This document shows, one piece after another, positions 42,862 to 52,357 of a stretch of DNA of 64,000 nt. The position numbers were made by a program, and so were the translations under genes. Source of the stretch: Planctomycetota bacterium. GTDB lineage: Bacteria > Planctomycetota > PLA2 > JAEUHO01. Where the stretch lies: positions 953,562 through 1,017,561 of the forward strand of contig CBDCTJ010000007.1 of assembly GCA_965222115.1 (NCBI GenBank). The letters are read 5' to 3'. Numbering within the stretch: position 1 is the first letter of the stretch; every line of letters starts with the position of its first letter. The notes below the pieces were generated by a model. That model did not search any database, had not been told where the DNA came from, and worked only from the letters and a program-made list of their open reading frames with translations.

Positions 42862-44253
42862 ATGCAGGACGCACCGAAAGCACTTCAGCCGCTGTGTTTG
42901 CTCAACGTCGTTGGGTTGACACAGCGGCTGTTGCGTTTTGCGCCGCGGCTTGCTGCACTCGGGGAGGCGAAACCGCTCCAAGGTGTCGTGCCCGCGGTCA
43001 CCATGACGGCACAGGCCACCATGCTGACAGGGCTCTCGCCATCGGGCCACGGCATTGTTGGCAACGGGTGGTTTGATCGCGGCTTTGGTGAGGTGCGTAT
43101 GTGGCCTCAGAGCCACGCGCTTGTGCAAGGGGAAAGTCTTTACGCAGCCGCCCGGCGTTTGGCGCGTGCGGAGGGTCGCGCGTTCGTTTCGACGAAGCTG
43201 TTTTGGTGGTTCAACCAAGGCGCACCGGTGGACATTGCCGTCACGCCCAAGCCCTACTACGGAAGCGACGGGAACAAAGTCTTCGCGGTGCATGGCAAAC
43301 CCACGCCGGTGGTTGCCGACCTCGTTCGTCGCTTGGGCGCGTTTCCGTTTCCTGCCTTTTGGGGGCCCATGGCGGGCCTTGCGTCCAGCACATGGATTGC
43401 AAACGCCGCCGCACACATCCTGCGTGAGCATCAGCCCACGCTTTCCATGGTGTATCTCCCGCACTTGGACTACGACCTTCAACGATTGGGTCCCGACCAT
43501 CCATCAGCCGCAGAACGCGTAAAAGAAGTCGACATCGCGGCCGGTAAAGTCATCGATGCTGCGACCGAGACCAAGACAAATGTCCTCGTTATTTCGGAGT
43601 ACGGCATCGTGCCCGTCTCTCGTCCGATTTTTCCCAATCGAAGCCTACGAGCACAGGGACTGCTAACCGTTCGCGACGGTCCCTTTGGCGAAGGGCTCGA
43701 GACGTTTCAATCGCGTGCGTTCTGCGTATGCGATCACCAAGTGGCGCATGTGTATGTTCGTGACAGCGCCGACATTCGCGGCGTGTCCGAAATTCTTTCG
43801 TCCTTGGAAGGCGTGGCCCAGGTGCTCGATCGACGCGCACGGGTTGCCATGGGTCTCGAGCATCCGCGTGCGGGCGACCTGTTGTTGTTGGCCGAGCCCG
43901 ACGCGTGGTTTGCCTATCCCTACTGGCTTGACGACGCACGCGCGCCCGACTTTGCGCGTTCCGTCGACATTCATCGAAAGCCCGGTTACGACCCGGCCGA
44001 GCTTTTCTTCGACCCACGCCTACGCGCACCCAAACTTCGTGCGGCAAGGCGCCTAATTCAAAAGAAATTTGGCATGCGTTACCGCATGGACGTGGTGCCG
44101 CTCGATCCCGCGTGTGTTCGCGGGAGCCACGGTCTGGCTGCAAGCGACCCCGCCGACGGACCATTGGGAATCACGAATCTCCCGCACGGCCTGGACCGAC
44201 TCGAAAGCCTTTCTGACGTGAAGGATTACGCCCTCCGGGCGATGGGGTTCTAA
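42862..44253 (+). CDS. alkaline phosphatase superfamily protein (nucleotide pyrophosphatase/phosphodiesterase-like)
   Basis: LCLLNVVGLT ... VVPAVTMTAQATMLTGLSPSGHGIVGNGWFDR is the typical N-terminal metal/nucleophile region of type I phosphodiesterase/NPP-like enzymes. Later YLPHLDY and GSHG motifs are present. Confidence 0.7.
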   Translation: MQDAPKALQPLCLLNVVGLTQRLLRFAPRLAALGEAKPLQGVVPAVTMTAQATMLTGLSPSGHGIVGNGWFDRGFGEVRMWPQSHALVQGESLYAAARRLARAEGRAFVSTKLFWWFNQGAPVDIAVTPKPYYGSDGNKVFAVHGKPTPVVADLVRRLGAFPFPAFWGPMAGLASSTWIANAAAHILREHQPTLSMVYLPHLDYDLQRLGPDHPSAAERVKEVDIAAGKVIDAATETKTNVLVISEYGIVPVSRPIFPNRSLRAQGLLTVRDGPFGEGLETFQSRAFCVCDHQVAHVYVRDSADIRGVSEILSSLEGVAQVLDRRARVAMGLEHPRAGDLLLLAEPDAWFAYPYWLDDARAPDFARSVDIHRKPGYDPAELFFDPRLRAPKLRAARRLIQKKFGMRYRMDVVPLDPACVRGSHGLAASDPADGPLGITNLPHGLDRLESLSDVKDYALRAMGF

Positions 44254-44342
44254 GCGCGCCGTCTTTAGAGGCACTCGGCTCGGGCTGCGCAACTGCCCTC
44301 TTCGCGCGCACCTTGTTACGATTTTTCGCAAGGAGACCCCGC

Positions 44343-47300
44343 ATGGCGATTGACCTCAAGTCTAAAGATGTGCCGACGACGACGCGACCGCGCTATCCGG
44401 GCATTCGTCTCGTGTGCAATGGCAATCAGCTCGTCTCGTTGCATACCGAATCGCGCATTGCTGACGCGGGCATCTTCTATCCGATTACGCCCTCGACCGA
44501 GATGGGCGAGATGTTTCAGCTCACGTTCTCCGAGGGCGCGCTCAACGTCTTTGGCCGGCCGAAGTTGGCGGTGGAGGCCGAGGGCGAACATGCCGCGCAA
44601 GGCGGGGCCATTGCGTATGCCGTTACGGGCAAGCGCGTGGTGAATTTTACGTCCGGGCAGGGCATTGTTTACGGCATTGAGCAATACTACCACGCGCCCG
44701 GTAAGTTGGCGACCATGGTGGTGGAAGTCGCCGCGCGCGCACTTACCAAGCACGCGCTCAATGTGCACTGCGGACACGACGACATTTATTCCGCGTTGGA
44801 TACGGGTTGGATCATGTTGATGGCGCGCGACGCCCAGCAGGCCGCCGACCAAGCCCTCATCATTCGGCGCGTGACCGAGCTTTCATTGACGCCAGGGATG
44901 AATATTCAAGATGGGTTTTTGACGTCACATCTTGAGCGCACGTTTGTGAAGCCCGAAGCAGAGTTATTGCGCGAGTATCTGGGTTCTCCCGACGACATTA
45001 TTGAGTGTCCCACGCCTGCGCAGATGGAACTCTTTGGACCCCGCCGTCGGCGCATCCCCGAGATGATGAATCTTGCGCAACCGATTCTCCTGGGACCGGT
45101 GCAAAATCAAGAGCACTACATGAATGGCGTGGTCGCGCGTCGCAACAACTTCTATGAGCCGATTCTTGGGTTCCTTGAGGAAGCCTACGCCGAGTTTGGT
45201 CGTCTCACCGGGCGACACTATGGACTCCTGAGCGAGTACAAGACGCAAGGTGCCGACACGGTCTTTCTCTCGCTGGGATCGGCGGCCGAAAACATTGAAG
45301 CCGCAATTGACCACTTAGAAGCAACGCGCGGTGAAACCGCCGGTTCGATTCACGTCAATGTGATTCGACCGTTCCCGGGCGATGCGATCGCCGCCGCCGT
45401 CAAGGGCAAGAAGCGCGTGATCGTTCTGGAGCGCACCGACGAAGCGCTGGCCGGAGACAATCCACTCACGCGCGATGTGCGCACGGCGCTCAGTCGCGCG
45501 CTTGAAGTTCACGCCCTTGGCGGTGTTGAAGGGAAGACGTCGATTGCCTCGTCGGAAATGCCGCGCATCTTCAGTGGTACGTACGGCTTGGGATCGCGCG
45601 ACTTCCGACCGGAAGGCATCCTCGGTGCGTATGAGTTCGCCACCGGTCAGCGTCCACGCGCCGATGGTCGCACGGCAAAGGATGGCGAATCCTACTTCAC
45701 GCTCGGCATCAATCATCCCTACGAAGTGCGCTCCGACGATCGACCCTCCTTGCTTCCCGATAACGCCATCGCCGTACGACTGCACTCCATTGGCGGCTGG
45801 GGCATGATCACCACCGGCAAGAATCTCGGGGCCATCATTGGTGCACTGGGCGAATACGTTTCCGAGAAGCGCGATCGGCGCGACGCATTCGGGCAACTTG
45901 AAGAGGCCATTCACGTAAGTGCCAATCCGCGCTACGGCTCGGAGAAGAAAGGTGCGCCCACGGCCTACTTCCTTGTCGTGGCGCCGCGTCGCATTCGTGT
46001 GAACTGCGATCTGCAGCATGTGAGCGTGGTGCTTTGTTGCGATCCCAAGGCCTTTACGCACTCCAATCCCCTTGACGGCATGGCCGAAGGCGGTGCCTTC
46101 GTGTGGGAGTCTTCGGAAACACCTGAGGGTGCCTGGCGACGGATTCCAAAGCACTTGCGTCAGCAGATTATCGACAAAAACATCCGACTGTTCATTTTGC
46201 CGGGCTTTGAGATTGCGCGCAACGCTACCGACCGCACCGATTTGCAGCTTCGAATGCAAGGTAACGCATTCCTGGGCGCGTTCTTCGGTGTCTCGTCTTT
46301 CCTCGGCGACAACGACATCGACCGGGAACGATTCGAACGATTGGTGCGTGCGCAGTATCAAAAGAAGTTTGGTCGCTTCGGCGATGCGGTCGTTGAGTCC
46401 AACATGACCGTGATGACCGATGGTTTCTCACGCGTGCAGCCCGTGCCCTATGGCGATGTGAATGCCCCTGATGAGTCGGCCATGCGTGGACCGCGACTTA
46501 TGCCTTGTTCCACAGGGCCTGCGGCGTGTGGCTCCGCGAGTGGCAAGGCAAACGTATTTCGCGGAGACTACTTCGATGCCGAGTTCCGCGCCGGGCTTGG
46601 GTATCGCCAACCGGCTTCTCCACTCGCTTCGGTGGGTGTGATGGCGGCCGCAACCGGTGCAACGTCTTCGAAGTATGTGGCGCGTCGCGAAACACCGATC
46701 TTTATTGCTGAGAACTGTACACAGTGCATGGCGTGCATCACGGCGTGCCCCGATACGGCGCTGCCCAATACGTCGCAGCCACTCTCTGCGCACCTCGAAA
46801 CCGCCATCAAGAACTACGTGTCGGACGAGAAGGACCGCGCCACATTGATGGCCGCGGCGCCAGAGATTGAATCCGAGGCCCGCGAAGCCATGAACGAGGC
46901 GGTGGCGGCCAAAGACGTGGTCCCGCTGGTTTCCATCCTGGGCGATCTCGTGAACGGGCGCGACGAGGTGAGTGAAGCGAGTCGCCAGGAACTTACGGCG
47001 ATCTTGGATATCCTTCCGCTGGCCTACGGCAAGGTCAACGCCATCTTCCGTGTGCCGGAACGTAAAGAAGCGGGGCAAGGCGGGATCTTCTCCATCTTCG
47101 TTTCCGACCTTTGCAAAGGATGTGGCGAATGCGTCGAGCAGTGCGGTGATCACGATGCCCTGCGCATGATGTCCGACAGTGAATCACTCAATGCGCAGGT
47201 CGCGAGTGCAACGACCTATCTTGATCTACTGCCCGAGACGCCGCAGACCTACCTAGGTAGATACGACAATGAACATCCTGAAGACTCGCGGGCTGCCACC

Positions 47301-49022
47301 CTTCGCAATCACTTGATGGTCCAACGCAACTACCAAGCGCTTGTCTCCGGCGACGGCGCGTGCGCAGGTTGCGGCGAGAAGAGCATTCTGCATGTGATCG
47401 CCTCACTGACCGAGGCCTACATGCGTCCCATGTATCACCGGCACGCGGCGCGCCTTGATGAAAAGGCCAGCCGAATCGAAGCCGAAGGTGTCGAGCGGCT
47501 TACCGCGCTTGAATCCAGTGATCCCAAAGGGTTTGCGCTGCTTCGAAAGACGATTGCACACGTCATCATGGGCCTCGGAGGCGAAAACGACGACGACACG
47601 CAGGCGCGCATGAAGCGTGCCGATCTTTCGCCGCGCGCCATGGTCGATGCGCTTGTGATGGTCATGCGCCAAGAAGCGCATAACCGTCGCGATCTTGAGA
47701 CGTTGGAAGGACGCTTGGCGGGCGGTATGTCGGTCATGGCCATGGGCGCGAGCACGGGCTGTAACACGGTGTATGGATCTACGCCGCCCAACAACCCGCA
47801 TCCCTACCCATGGATGAATTCACTCTTCCAAGATGGCAGCACGATTTCGTGGATGATGGGCGAGAGCTTTATCGACAACCACGCCCGTCGCGCGGTGATT
47901 CCCGAACGCGTGGCCGATGCCGTGCTTTCGCGCGACACGGATGTCGTAACGGATGACGAGTACTTCGCTTACACACACTTTGGCGATGCCATGATGTCGG
48001 ACCAGGAGATTGCCGAGCTTCCCAAAGTGTGGTGTGTGGGGGGCGACGGTGGCTTAGGGGACATTGGGTTTCAGAATCTCTCCAAGGTCATGCTGCAAGG
48101 ACGCCCCAACGTCAATGTGGTCATGCTCGACACGCAAGTTTACTCCAACACCGGCGGGCAAAACTCCGACTCCACGCCCATGCCCGGTGGCGGCGACATG
48201 AACCAGATCGGCGAGGCAACGCAAGGCAAGATGAGCGAAAAGAAGAGCGTGGCGGAAGCGTTTACCGCTGGCCACGGATCGGCCTTCGTGGCGCAGATGT
48301 CCATGGCCGACGAACCGCGGTTGCTTAAGTCCATCCTTGATGGGTTGGAGTACCGCGGCACGAGCTTCTTTCAGTGCTTTACAACCTGTCAACCCGAGCA
48401 CGGCGTGGGCGATCATATGTCGGCGGTACAGGCCACGCGCATTCGCGACTCGCGTGGCATGCCGCAGTTTGTCTTTGATCCACAGAAGGGCGAGACCTAC
48501 GACGAAGCCATGGACATCGCTGGCAACCCGTTGCCCGATCGCGACTGGAAAGGCGGCAAGGCGCGCGGCGAGCGGCGTACCCCGTGGTACACGACGGCCC
48601 ACTGGGCCGCAACCGAGGCACGTTTCCGCCGTCACCTGAAGAAAATCTCCGCCGAACAAGCGGAGGCACTCGTGCCCATCGACCACATGTTGTTGTGCCT
48701 GAACCAAGAAGACGTGCGTCTCCGCCGCTTCTTGGATCCCACGCACCGCGCCTACGTACCCGACTTCGGCACCTACATCCAAATGCCCGGCGTCAAGGGC
48801 ACCACGTACCACAGCATCTCACGCCAGATGGTCTTGTTCTGCGTCGAGCGACGCAAAGCGTGGCGCTTGCTTCAAAGCAAGGCGGGCGTAAAGAACAAAG
48901 ACTATCCAGCGCACCGCTCGCTGCTCGCCAAGCTCGATGCCGGCGAAATCAAACGCGACGACGTGCTAAAAAACGGACGAGCGCTTTTGGAAGCGGAGGA
49001 GAATGCGTTGGCTGGGAAGTGA
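44343..49022 (+). CDS. pyruvate(2-oxoacid):ferredoxin oxidoreductase-like single-chain enzyme, unusually long (1559 aa)
   Basis: AAGGAGA lies 7 nt before the ATG at 44343. N-terminal PFOR domain I (NGNQLVSLHTESRIADAGIFYPITPSTEMGE). Two ferredoxin motifs (CTQCMACITACP, CKGCGECVEQCG). A CxxC of the proximal cluster (GDGACAGCGEKS). TPP-binding GGDGGLGDIGFQNL...VVMLDTQVYSNTGGQNSDSTP. Confidence 0.8.
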   Translation: MAIDLKSKDVPTTTRPRYPGIRLVCNGNQLVSLHTESRIADAGIFYPITPSTEMGEMFQLTFSEGALNVFGRPKLAVEAEGEHAAQGGAIAYAVTGKRVVNFTSGQGIVYGIEQYYHAPGKLATMVVEVAARALTKHALNVHCGHDDIYSALDTGWIMLMARDAQQAADQALIIRRVTELSLTPGMNIQDGFLTSHLERTFVKPEAELLREYLGSPDDIIECPTPAQMELFGPRRRRIPEMMNLAQPILLGPVQNQEHYMNGVVARRNNFYEPILGFLEEAYAEFGRLTGRHYGLLSEYKTQGADTVFLSLGSAAENIEAAIDHLEATRGETAGSIHVNVIRPFPGDAIAAAVKGKKRVIVLERTDEALAGDNPLTRDVRTALSRALEVHALGGVEGKTSIASSEMPRIFSGTYGLGSRDFRPEGILGAYEFATGQRPRADGRTAKDGESYFTLGINHPYEVRSDDRPSLLPDNAIAVRLHSIGGWGMITTGKNLGAIIGALGEYVSEKRDRRDAFGQLEEAIHVSANPRYGSEKKGAPTAYFLVVAPRRIRVNCDLQHVSVVLCCDPKAFTHSNPLDGMAEGGAFVWESSETPEGAWRRIPKHLRQQIIDKNIRLFILPGFEIARNATDRTDLQLRMQGNAFLGAFFGVSSFLGDNDIDRERFERLVRAQYQKKFGRFGDAVVESNMTVMTDGFSRVQPVPYGDVNAPDESAMRGPRLMPCSTGPAACGSASGKANVFRGDYFDAEFRAGLGYRQPASPLASVGVMAAATGATSSKYVARRETPIFIAENCTQCMACITACPDTALPNTSQPLSAHLETAIKNYVSDEKDRATLMAAAPEIESEAREAMNEAVAAKDVVPLVSILGDLVNGRDEVSEASRQELTAILDILPLAYGKVNAIFRVPERKEAGQGGIFSIFVSDLCKGCGECVEQCGDHDALRMMSDSESLNAQVASATTYLDLLPETPQTYLGRYDNEHPEDSRAATLRNHLMVQRNYQALVSGDGACAGCGEKSILHVIASLTEAYMRPMYHRHAARLDEKASRIEAEGVERLTALESSDPKGFALLRKTIAHVIMGLGGENDDDTQARMKRADLSPRAMVDALVMVMRQEAHNRRDLETLEGRLAGGMSVMAMGASTGCNTVYGSTPPNNPHPYPWMNSLFQDGSTISWMMGESFIDNHARRAVIPERVADAVLSRDTDVVTDDEYFAYTHFGDAMMSDQEIAELPKVWCVGGDGGLGDIGFQNLSKVMLQGRPNVNVVMLDTQVYSNTGGQNSDSTPMPGGGDMNQIGEATQGKMSEKKSVAEAFTAGHGSAFVAQMSMADEPRLLKSILDGLEYRGTSFFQCFTTCQPEHGVGDHMSAVQATRIRDSRGMPQFVFDPQKGETYDEAMDIAGNPLPDRDWKGGKARGERRTPWYTTAHWAATEARFRRHLKKISAEQAEALVPIDHMLLCLNQEDVRLRRFLDPTHRAYVPDFGTYIQMPGVKGTTYHSISRQMVLFCVERRKAWRLLQSKAGVKNKDYPAHRSLLAKLDAGEIKRDDVLKNGRALLEAEENALAGK

Positions 49023-49121
49023 TGGGTGGTCGGGATATACCGGTTCATCTCAAACCTGCTAGTCGAACGTCACCAAGCTGGTGGGAAGAAACGCGGCACG
49101 GTACTCTATTCCTGTCGAATC

Positions 49122-49562
49122 TCAGGAATTCGGCTCATCTAGCCCGTTGGCCAGGACACTTGCCGCTGCTACATCAATTGCGCCAGCGTCGTCGAAGTAC
49201 AGAATATAGTGGCGCAGCAAGGTGGGCAGTTGTGTACGCGTATCAAGTAGGCTGTCTCGTGAACTCAATATCATTTGCAACCAGTCCGAATCATCACTTA
49301 CTTTCAACGACTCGGCAGGTGAGACGTGGCGTACTTCCCAGCAACTCGAATCCCAGTAGCTAATTGCGACTGTGCCGCTAAATCGCACGTGAGCCCATAC
49401 AACACTCCCGTCATCATTTTCGTAATCATATTCAATGACAACATCTGGACCACTCATCCGGATTTTAGGACCATCGACGGTTCGATTGGTCGGCACAAGG
49501 AGTTTTAGTTCCACTAATTGCCTCCGCCTCGAATTCTTGGTACAGACCAGCGCGACTCCCAC
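49122..49562 (-). CDS. orphan hypothetical protein in the low-GC islet
   Basis: 146-aa ORF in DNA visibly poorer in G+C than its surroundings. Composition is acidic and aromatic (VVIEYDYENDDGSVVWAHVRF...LRHYILYFDDAGAIDVAAASV). No family recognised. Confidence 0.45.
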   Translation of the reverse strand: MGVALVCTKNSRRRQLVELKLLVPTNRTVDGPKIRMSGPDVVIEYDYENDDGSVVWAHVRFSGTVAISYWDSSCWEVRHVSPAESLKVSDDSDWLQMILSSRDSLLDTRTQLPTLLRHYILYFDDAGAIDVAAASVLANGLDEPNS

Positions 49563-50518
49563 TTTCGCGCAAGCGCGTAGTCAACTGCGCTCGAACCGAG
49601 CGAAACCGGTTTCATTTCTTATCATAATACAACGAATACAATGCCGGGTATCTTCCCGCCAAGTTAGTGACTTTGAATTGGAACCCTTGCGAACGCCGTC
49701 AACGTAGAAGCGAAGGAGCGAACTCGCTTGCGTAATTCAGCAATCAGGTCGCACGAATCGCGTGTTGTCCATTGCGAACGGAATTGCGTTGCGGATGACT
49801 CCTTACGAACGCAACAGACATATTCGACTCCACCGCCCTGTCAGGGCAGCAACTATGGGGGTGAGTTACCTGACTCGGGGTTCTGCGCCGCTACGCTGGC
49901 GCGCCACCCCGGGGCTGTGTCCGTGGCTCCTACGGGGCCGTTGACGATTTCGCGTAACGCAACCGGCGAAGACATTGATTCTTTTCGCGAGATTCGCCAA
50001 GAGTCGAACCGATTGAGAGTCGTTCGGCGCATTCGCAGTTCGCATTCAGCGTCGCTAGCGCTTCTTTGCGCGGTCCTTCAACAAGCACCTACTGACTTGA
50101 CCAAGTGCGTTCACCTCACGGCTGCGCTTGGTGTCCTTCGTGCCCTTTGTGGTGCGTCAGGATAAGCCGATGGAGATCAGAGAATGAAAGAGTCTTACGG
50201 CGAAGAGCTAGCCACTCACGCCGGCCTCGTGTCTTGCGTGGGCGCTCGTAAGGGCGCGCTGCGAAGCGTAGACAGAGGGGAGGTAGGCCCGGTATTGAGC
50301 CGCGAAACCACGATGAAATTCCAGGAGGCCGACACGATCACCAACGTGAGAAGGCAACACGGCTGGGTGCGTCCTTGGCGAGCGTCCAGTTGCTCCTGCG
50401 CGGTCTTAGATCCGGTGCATGCCCCAATAGATTTCCATACGGAACCTGAGAGAGCCTACGTTTGGCCCGCCTTTGGCAACGGGTCCGCGTCGGGAACCTC
50501 GATGAGGTCACGCCGACG

Positions 50519-51997
50519 ATGAACGAACGCAGGCAGTCGGACAAACCCGTAGTACCGAAGAAGCGACCGAACAAGGGTCGGGATGCGTCCCGGTCTGCGG
50601 AGGACGTGAAGGGAAGGGGTTTGGCCAAGGGGAACTCGATCCGACGAAGCAGAACCCGTGCGCAGATACGGAATGTTCTGAACCAGAAGATGGATCGGGT
50701 ACGGCAAGTTGCTGTGGAACGAAAAGATGAGAAGTTCACTACGCTCTGGCATCACGTGTACTCCGTGGATCGGCTTCGAGAGGCGTACTTCAGCCTCAAG
50801 CGCAAAGGCGCAGCCGGCGTTGATGGGGTTACGTGGGAGGCCTACGGCAAGAACCTTGAGAATAATCTCGTGGACTTGTCCGATCGCCTCAAGCGCGGCG
50901 CGTACCGAGCGCCTCCGGTGCGACGTGTGTACATCCCGAAAGCCGATGGACGGCAGCGTCCACTCGGTGTGCCTGCGATTGAGGACCGCGTGGTCCAACG
51001 CGCAGCTTCGGAGGTGATTGGCACGGTGTACGAGGAGGAATTTCTCGGGTTCAGCTACGGCTTCCGCCCCGGGCGCAGCCAGCACAACGCGCTGGACGCC
51101 CTATGCGTGGGAATCGAGCGCAAGAAGGTGAACTGGGTGCTTGATGCAGACATTCGTGGGTTTTTCGATGCCATCGACCATGAGTGGCTAATGAAGTTCA
51201 TCTCGCACCGGATTGCGGACAAACGTGTGCATCGCTTTATCAAGAAGTGGTTGCACGCGGGCGTTATGGAAGATGGCGTGCGCAGGCCGACGAAGGTCGG
51301 CACCCCGCAAGGGGGCGGCATTAGTCCGCTGCTTGCCAACGTGTACCTGCACTACGCCTTTGATCTGTGGGCCCACCAGTGGCGGCGGCGCCATGCGCGC
51401 GATGACATCATCATCGTGCGCTACGCTGACGACTTTGTGGTGGGATTCAAGTACAAGAACGAGGCTGAGCGATTCCTACGGGAACTCCGCGAACGCCTCA
51501 ACACGTTCAAGCTGGAACTGCATCCCGACAAGACGCGTCTGATTGAGTTTGGCCGCTTTGCAGCGGTAAACCGAGCGGAACGCGGTGAAGGGAAGCCGCC
51601 CACATTCAAGTTTCTGGGCTTTACGCACATATGCGCAACTACCCGGAAAGGCCGTTTCAAGGTTGTACGCAGAACGCGTGCGGATCGACTGGTAGCCACG
51701 CTACGAGCCATCCGTGATGCGCTCCGAAAACGACTCCACTGGAAACCCGTACGTGTGGCTAAATGGCTCGCGTCTGTTATGCGGGGCTGGCTGAACTATC
51801 ATGCCATCCCCGATAACGGCACAGCGCTCCAGCTCTTTCGGAGGCGGCTCCTGCGCATCTGGCGCAACCACCTACGGCGGCGTAGCCAACGCTCACGGTG
51901 TTCCTGGTGTCGCATGTATGCCTTGGAAAAACGCTACTTCCCAAGCCTTCGCATCCGTCACAAACGTCCCTACATGAACTTGCGCGTCATTACCTAA
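50519..51997 (+). CDS. group II intron reverse transcriptase/maturase
   Basis: RT motifs LKRKGAAGVDGVTW, RRVYIPKADGRQRPLGVPAIEDRVVQ, FSYGFRPGRSQHNALD, LDADIRGFFDAIDHEWL, TPQGGGISPLLANVYL, VRYADDFVVGF. A maturase X-like RGWLNYHAIPDN follows. There is no HNH endonuclease domain. Confidence 0.9.
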   Translation: MNERRQSDKPVVPKKRPNKGRDASRSAEDVKGRGLAKGNSIRRSRTRAQIRNVLNQKMDRVRQVAVERKDEKFTTLWHHVYSVDRLREAYFSLKRKGAAGVDGVTWEAYGKNLENNLVDLSDRLKRGAYRAPPVRRVYIPKADGRQRPLGVPAIEDRVVQRAASEVIGTVYEEEFLGFSYGFRPGRSQHNALDALCVGIERKKVNWVLDADIRGFFDAIDHEWLMKFISHRIADKRVHRFIKKWLHAGVMEDGVRRPTKVGTPQGGGISPLLANVYLHYAFDLWAHQWRRRHARDDIIIVRYADDFVVGFKYKNEAERFLRELRERLNTFKLELHPDKTRLIEFGRFAAVNRAERGEGKPPTFKFLGFTHICATTRKGRFKVVRRTRADRLVATLRAIRDALRKRLHWKPVRVAKWLASVMRGWLNYHAIPDNGTALQLFRRRLLRIWRNHLRRRSQRSRCSWCRMYALEKRYFPSLRIRHKRPYMNLRVIT

Positions 51998-52002
51998 GGC
52001 AG

Positions 52003-52035
52003 GAGCCCGGTGCGGGAAATCCGCACGCCGGGATC
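52003..52035 (+). ncRNA. group II intron domain V
   Basis: GAGCCCGGUGCGGGAAAUCCGCACGCCGGGAUC has the AGC triad at positions 2-4, a lower helix, a 2-nt AC bulge, an upper helix GUGCGG/CCGCAC and a GAAA(U) loop. This is the same layout as the textbook ai5-gamma DV. Confidence 0.75.
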
Positions 52036-52357
52036 TGTGCGGGGGGCTCCGGGAAACCGGAGTCCCTACCGCGACAGAGTCCTCTTCTTCAACAGCGTTC
52101 CTATACGGCGCGCGTTCGCTCCCGCCAATCGGCGCTCCCCCACGCTTGCGCTTCGTTTCTTAGTTTCTTCGTGTGATCCATCTTGAAACGAGCTGCTTAC
52201 ACACACCACCACTCTCCCCGAACCGCTTCCATCAACGCTTGCGCCCTGCGCCTCCGCGCTCGTTGCGCCCCTGCGTGAGGTGAGGTCCGTCCGACGAGCA
52301 CCTAATTGACCACACTCCACGAAACGTGTGATTCTTGTCCCGATACCGTATGGCGCG

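Larger units (their letters stand above)
50152..52075 (+). mobile_element. group II intron (compact, En-less; IIC-like), boundaries provisional
   Basis: GTGCG at 50152. About 370 nt of upstream RNA contains UAGCC/GAAAGAGUC-type elements reminiscent of the Oceanobacillus IIC intron 5' region. An RT/maturase ORF follows. A domain V hairpin lies 5 nt after its stop, then a 10-bp GAAA-capped hairpin with an unpaired A 7 nt before ...CGAC at 52075 (domain VI). The 5' end is the less certain boundary. Confidence 0.7.

Noticed and set aside
49861-50109. Alternative intron 5' ends: GTGAG at 49861 and GTGCG at 50105.
   Set aside because: 49861 deviates from GUGYG. From 50105, the distance to the conserved UAGCC-type element is much longer than in the compact intron I compared from memory. 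50152 fits best, but the boundary remains provisional.
50184-50522. 112-aa ORF upstream of the RT.
   Set aside because: It lies within the predicted intron domains I-III RNA. It has no protein-like motifs and ends at the RT start.
49563-51997. Retron (msr/msd plus RT), DGR or defence-associated RT interpretation of the reverse transcriptase locus.
   Set aside because: The RT has a maturase X-type C-terminus and is followed immediately by textbook domain V and VI hairpins. No template/variable repeat pair or a1/a2 inverted repeats were seen. A group II intron explains the locus.
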